A DNA stretch of 64,000 nt from Phyllosticta citribraziliensis (taxonomy: Eukaryota), in contig NW_027117338.1 of NCBI RefSeq assembly GCF_038025025.1, positions 2,046,001 to 2,110,000 of the forward strand. Direction: 5' to 3'. Below the pieces are notes generated by a model. The model was not told the DNA's origin and searched no databases. It saw only the letters and a program-made list of their open reading frames with translations. How positions within the stretch are numbered: the stretch's first letter is position 1; each line of letters starts with the position of its first letter. Shown piece after piece: positions 58,786 through 64,000 of this stretch. Made by a program: the position numbers and the translations under genes.

Positions 58786-60665
58786 ATGCCCTGCTTCCAG
58801 GGCCTGGCCGTCAGCATCCACACGCCTGACGGCCCGCTGCCAGAGTACAGCATCCAGAAGAACTCCAGGACCCACCGCATCACCACCTACATCCCTGTGC
58901 CGCCCGCAAAGGTTCCTCCCGGCTCCACCAAGCCTGAGCAGTCCACCTTTGCCATATCAATCACCCTGCTTACGCCCGGCCTGAACGTTCCCTATTCGAC
59001 CCCGAAGTCCACTCCCGAGGACCCCTATCCCCGCCCGAGGATCGTCGGCGGCCTACCTGGCTCTGCGAATGAGCACGCCAAGTACGGCCCGGTCATCGGG
59101 CCCTACATCCCGCTGACGGCGTCGCCAAACGAAACCATTGCCGCGTACATTTACTTTGACGGCCGGCCAAAGGAAGAGGTGGCGACACTGCTGCGACGGG
59201 GGGAGGAAACCTGGGTCAATTCAAGATGGGTCAGCGTGCCCGAGTCGGAAGGCGGTGGTCTGGCCGAGAGAGAATTTCTTTTCCGCGAAGTCGGACTCGA
59301 GCGGTGGCTCAACGGCTTGGATCTCGAAGGAAAGGACAAGGATGTGGCCGAAAGGATAGAAAGGAGGAAGCAGCGCCTGGAAAAGAAGAGGCGGAAGAAG
59401 CAGGAAGATCAAAAGGGGAGCGATTACGAAGCCATGGAAGAGGAAAAGGACAACAAGTCCGTCGGCAAAAACGGCGTCTTACGATACGGCGGGGACAAGA
59501 ATGCACCGGTGGAAGCGCTCTCTGGAGACGAAGGGCTCTTCACATCCGACTCGGATTCGGACGACGAGCCCCCAATGCCCGAGGCCGCTGGTCAGATCAA
59601 GGTCGCTCTATACCGGGTCCTGGCATCTGGTGAAATCAAGAGGGGCGAATACTCTCCGCAATTCGACGCTCACGACGATGACGACGGAGCTGGTGCAAAC
59701 GGAGAGTCGGGAAGCGGGGATGCAGATGTTGACCACACTACCAGCTTTGCCAAACCCAAGTCTCTGGATCCCAAGTCCATCAGCACACAGACTGTGACTG
59801 GTATCGACCCTCCGAACAAGCCTTACGCAGTGTTTACATTCCTTTACAGAGGAGAGAGTAAGCATAATCGCCAATGTGCAAACGCAACGAGTACTGACCA
59901 ATCGCAGAGCAACTCCGCAAAATGGGCATCTTGGCTTCTACCAAGACCACGCCCAAAACTCCGGTTACCACAAAGCGGAAAAGCGCTCTCGACTTTTCCG
60001 CTCTCAAGCCCCTGAGTACCACTGGAACCCGGAATTTTGCTGGGTACCGAGATCCAGCCGGCAATTCGCCAACCAAGAAGGCCAAAGACGGCAAGGTCAA
60101 GGACGAAGACGCCATGGACAGCGACGCAGACGACGAAGACGATGTTCGCATTGGCGCCGACGACGACGATGATGCGGAGATTAGGCAAGCCAAAGACAAT
60201 CTTTCGCCAGAGGAGCTTGCGAGACAACGCGAACTTGCCGAGGGTGTTCGCCAAATCAAGGTGCGTTTATTTCCTTAAAAACGTTCAAATTCTTTTGCTA
60301 ATAAGGAGCAGCTCAAGCGCGCCCACTCCGCCGAACCGGCTGAGAATCCCTCGCCCTCACGCAGGTCGCCATTTGGCGGCTCTGATACGCCTGGAACATC
60401 GAGCACCAACGCCCTCTCTCCCGGTGTGGAGGCACCCACATCAGCCGCCGCGGCACTCGCTGCAAAAGAATCCGCCCCCGAAGCGATTGGCAGTCCCTTT
60501 AAAAAGCAACGCGCCAGTCTATCTGGCGTCGAAGAAAAGACGGGGTTCAGCGTTGCCCCTCCATCGTTGCATGACCCGGCCAGGAGCCTTAGTGAAGGCA
60601 ACGCAAGCATCCCCGCGGGGACCTTGATCAAGCAAGAGAAGATGGACGAGGACGAAGAGCTATGA
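58786..60665 (+). CDS. Conserved-type fungal hypothetical protein
   Basis: MPCFQGLAVSIHTPDGPLPEY, IAAYIYFDG, EREFLFREVGLE, GQIKVALYRV and PYAVFTFLYRGEKQLRKMGIL. Introns 59858-59907 and 60261-60311 join three ORFs in frame. Confidence 0.85.
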
Positions 60666-62090
60666 GCTATGAGCACGTAGTTCCGCCATGCAAGAGCGGA
60701 CTCAATGTCCTCGATGTCGATGATGTCGTTGGGGTGTTTTGCTGTTGGTTGGGTTCTTGGGAGCGGGAAATGGAGAGGAAAACTCAGCCAGGGGGTTCCT
60801 GCTGCTGAGAGGGATGCTGGTGGAATACCCCCGTGTCCAAACTTTTTCTTCTTCTCTTTTTTTACAAACACACATCCACACATTGTCGCAAAGGCACAAA
60901 CCACTCCTCCTCGTACACTTCTTTTTTATCTGTTGCGGTCGGTGTGGTGTGTGTTTTGGTTGCAGGCCACGGACACATTGTCTACCTGCCTGCCTGCCTG
61001 TTTTGCGTGCTCTCGTAGTGGTGCAAGGCTTTTCGCCTTGGCCTCTGCTGCTAGCTAGTACCGCTACTGCTACTGCGAGTGCTGCCGCTGTTGCTGCTGC
61101 ATGTTGGGAGGAGTAAGGTTTCTTCGTCGCTTTCATTATCGTCGGTCGGTAGTGGATCGTCCCCATAAACGACGCGCGCGCGCGCACGCGTGGCAGGGGG
61201 CAGGACGTAAAGTCGGGGTGATTAAGGTGGTGTTGACTTGCACAGGCTTGCCGTCGAGTCAAGCCAATGTGCGTGCATGCATGGATTCGAGGGAATAGGG
61301 GCGGAGTTTGAGGAAATGCCAGATGTGCGCGTTACCTATTGACGGAAGGGAAGGTCGCGAAATGACATGAAATGAAACGATATGATCTTGGAAGTAATCG
61401 TTGGGTGGGTGTAAGTGTTCATCAGTCAATCTTGGATGCCGGTCATTTGCTAGGATAGGAGCCAGGAGCAAGGAGATGACATACAGGACGTGATGCCATT
61501 GCTAACTTCACCGGTCTGCTCAGAATTGCGAGGTCGAGTAGATTAATATGATATCCCAGCAAGGCTTCATCCATTTCCTACCATGCGCTTCACCTACTGT
61601 TCAGTACGCAACAGAGGCCAAAGACACGAGGGGATAGTAAAGATAAGACAACGCGAGGCTCTGCAGGAAGAAAGTAAAGAGAGAGAGAAAAGAAAGCAGC
61701 GGGCTCTGCAACGCCAAACTCTGAACTCCTGGTTCCAACGCCAATTGCAATCCCTCCGGGCTGACACTCGACAACGGATACCCTACTTCAAATCATCGAG
61801 AAAATAAACGGTTGACTGCACCCACGCCTCTACCTGACCGCTCGCTGTTCGCTTCGTTCGTTTGTAAAGACATCGCCGCGAAGCTCCTCTTGCCTAGACC
61901 TACCCCTCTCGTCACATAATCCTCCAACCACCGAAACATCAATGAATGCTTACTGCCGCCGCCAACCTGATCAGACTGTCCCAATAGCGTTCCGTGACGC
62001 CTTCACAGACCAGCTTTGACTCACCTCACCCTATCTCGCCCAAAACACCCCACCAAATCCACCGCACTCATGGCTTGAAAACAACACTCA

Positions 62091-63500
62091 CTAAGCATCT
62101 GCAGCCACCACGGTAGCAGCTTCGGGCCCACTCTGGCGCGATGCCGCCTCCTGAGCAGCACTCGCACCATTCTCTCCAGCAGCAGCAGCCGCGCCATTCG
62201 CACTCGCAGCGGTGCTGGCTCTCCTCCTCCCACGCAATTCAGTCTCCAACTCTCTTATTCTCTTGCGCAGGAGCTCGTTTTCCCGCTTCGCCTCTTCAAG
62301 CTCCTGCCGATGCAGCGCCGTCTCCTCGAATCGGCTCAGATGGCCACCACCAACACTGCCTCCTCCCGAAACACCCAGACTGGGGCTCCGCGCGAGCGCT
62401 ACGCCGCCCGCGTACGTTGAGCTGCTGGCGCTGCTGCTGTCAAGTCCCGGAGTGCTTCCCGTTGTTGCTGCCGATGTTGGTGCGCCGGTGGCGTTGTTGG
62501 AGTTGGACGTGGAGCTGCCGCCCGGCGACGAAATAGAATAGCGGTGATGCTGCTGGCCGCCAGTGTGTACGCCCACCAGCCCGGCCCCAGCAACCGGACC
62601 AGCGCCGCCGCCGACGTTGTGGCTGAGAGTTGGGGGAGCCGCAGACGCGCCCGATCTCGACACGCTGCTGGACGAGCGGTCGCGCGAGCGCCGCGACGCT
62701 GTGCCCGAGGGGTGCGTTGGCCCCGTGAGCGCACCGGCATGGTGCGCTGCTCCCGTGCTCAGTGGGTCGCCTGTTGCCTCGAAAAGGGGAAAGGGCGTCC
62801 CTGCCGATGCGGGCGGGAGGAGATGTGCGTGACTGCCTTGCAAAGAAGCCGAAGTGCTCATGCTCGAGACAGACGTTGTGCTGGCTACAGAGGCCGAGTG
62901 GGCGCGGAGCGCAGAGAGTTCGCGGGTTAAACGGTTTACCTAGGGCTTTGTTAGACATTGACATTTTGATGGTGCGGCAGAAGTGGGTAGAGACGGTCGC
63001 AGAGGAAGAATTGCACTAGAAAAAGAGCAAATACTCACAACGGCCTCCTGTTCCAACTCCAATTCGTGGTGCAGCTCCGCCGCCGTGAGCGGCCGCGGAT
63101 GCCTCATGGGCACACCCGTATCCATTTCGGGACCCGCGCCTGATCCAGTTCTGGCCCTGCCATTCAAAGCGGCTGCGGACGTAGACGACATATTCGGGCT
63201 CAGCGGCGGAAAGGGTGCGTATGTTTGTTGGGTTTGTGGGTGTGGATGTGCGGCGGACGAAACGTTGGAATGGTGGCCAAGGGGAAGCGGGGGTGGGTTC
63301 ATGGGAGAGAGTTGCGATGTTCGGCGGGAGTGATTTGGCGACGAGCGGTTCGAGGCGCTTCTACTTGTGCTGTTGCGGGACGATGATGTGGTGGGCTGCT
63401 GAGACGTCGCCAAGTGGTGGTTGTTTTGGGCTTGTTGGTGGCCGGAGGTCGTCGCCGATGACGAAGTAGCCGTGCCCAAGGAATTTAGGTCGGGAGCCAT
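62091..63500 (-). CDS. Fungal hypothetical protein with two short coiled coils in a disordered chain
   Basis: MAPDLNSL...RHPRPLTAAELHHELELEQEAV, intron 63038-62940, then VNRLTRELSALR...RFEETALHRQELEEAKRENELLRKRIRELE. Confidence 0.85.
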
Positions 63501-64000
63501 GGCGCTTGCGTAGGCGGCGCCTCGTTGTGAGCCGGGGAGGGATCGTGGAGGGTGACGGCAGCAAGTGTGGTGTTGGATTGGTTTGCGTGGTTGCGGGGAG
63601 GACGGAAGTGAGCAATGCAGATAGCTGGCTGGCCGCCCACCCAGGGTCCCTCCAGGCTATTTTGACTATGACGACCTGACGCAGCCACAAATGACACATG
63701 AAGCTTGAGCTTACTATTTCAATTTTCCTACTTATGAGCAAACATGACATCCTTCCTTCGTCCAATGTTCTCTGCGAACCGCACACCACTGGCGCCCAGT
63801 TGCTAGGCAGGCTCCGCCACTAGCTATGTTTGCTTGCTCATCCCCCTTGCCTGCCTGCCTGCCTGCCTGTTTAAACGCCTATTCGTGATGCACTCGACGC
63901 CCACCCCTATGTGAACCGCCCTTGCGCCCAAGCGGTGCCCCGCTTGCGATCCTCCAAGAATCAAGCCCTCGCCTTGGTGACGTACGCAACATCTCAACCC

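Overview
Gene-dense eukaryotic DNA from a filamentous ascomycete (Pezizomycotina; Dothideomycete-like is my inference). Introns are short, mostly 44-110 nt, with GT(R)NGT donors, CTRAY branch points and YAG/AAG acceptors. I spliced about 20 protein-coding genes by hand: PL4 rhamnogalacturonan lyase, CSC1/OSCA channel, mitochondrial IleRS, dynactin p27-like protein, ENA Na+/K+ P-type ATPase, VPS60, SIT4-associated SAPS protein, GAF hybrid histidine kinase, an atypical cytochrome P450, Cid1-like terminal nucleotidyltransferase, TFIIF alpha, a WD40 protein, ETP1/BRAP2, ERG25, an ABM-fold protein and several hypothetical proteins. The most notable non-genic signal is a 212-bp MITE whose 22-bp TIRs begin with CACAGTG (Transib/RSS-heptamer-like) and which carries an internal 33-bp repeat; a second, truncated copy lies on the other side of the CSC1 gene. 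Other highlights are seven PacC-type GCCAAG sites upstream of ENA, a probable alternative last exon in the SAPS gene, an ERG25 start codon split by a GC-AG intron, and a duplicated coding-like unit with aligned TAG codons. I saw no rRNA, tRNA or CRISPR array. All family assignments come from motif recognition; no database searches were run.
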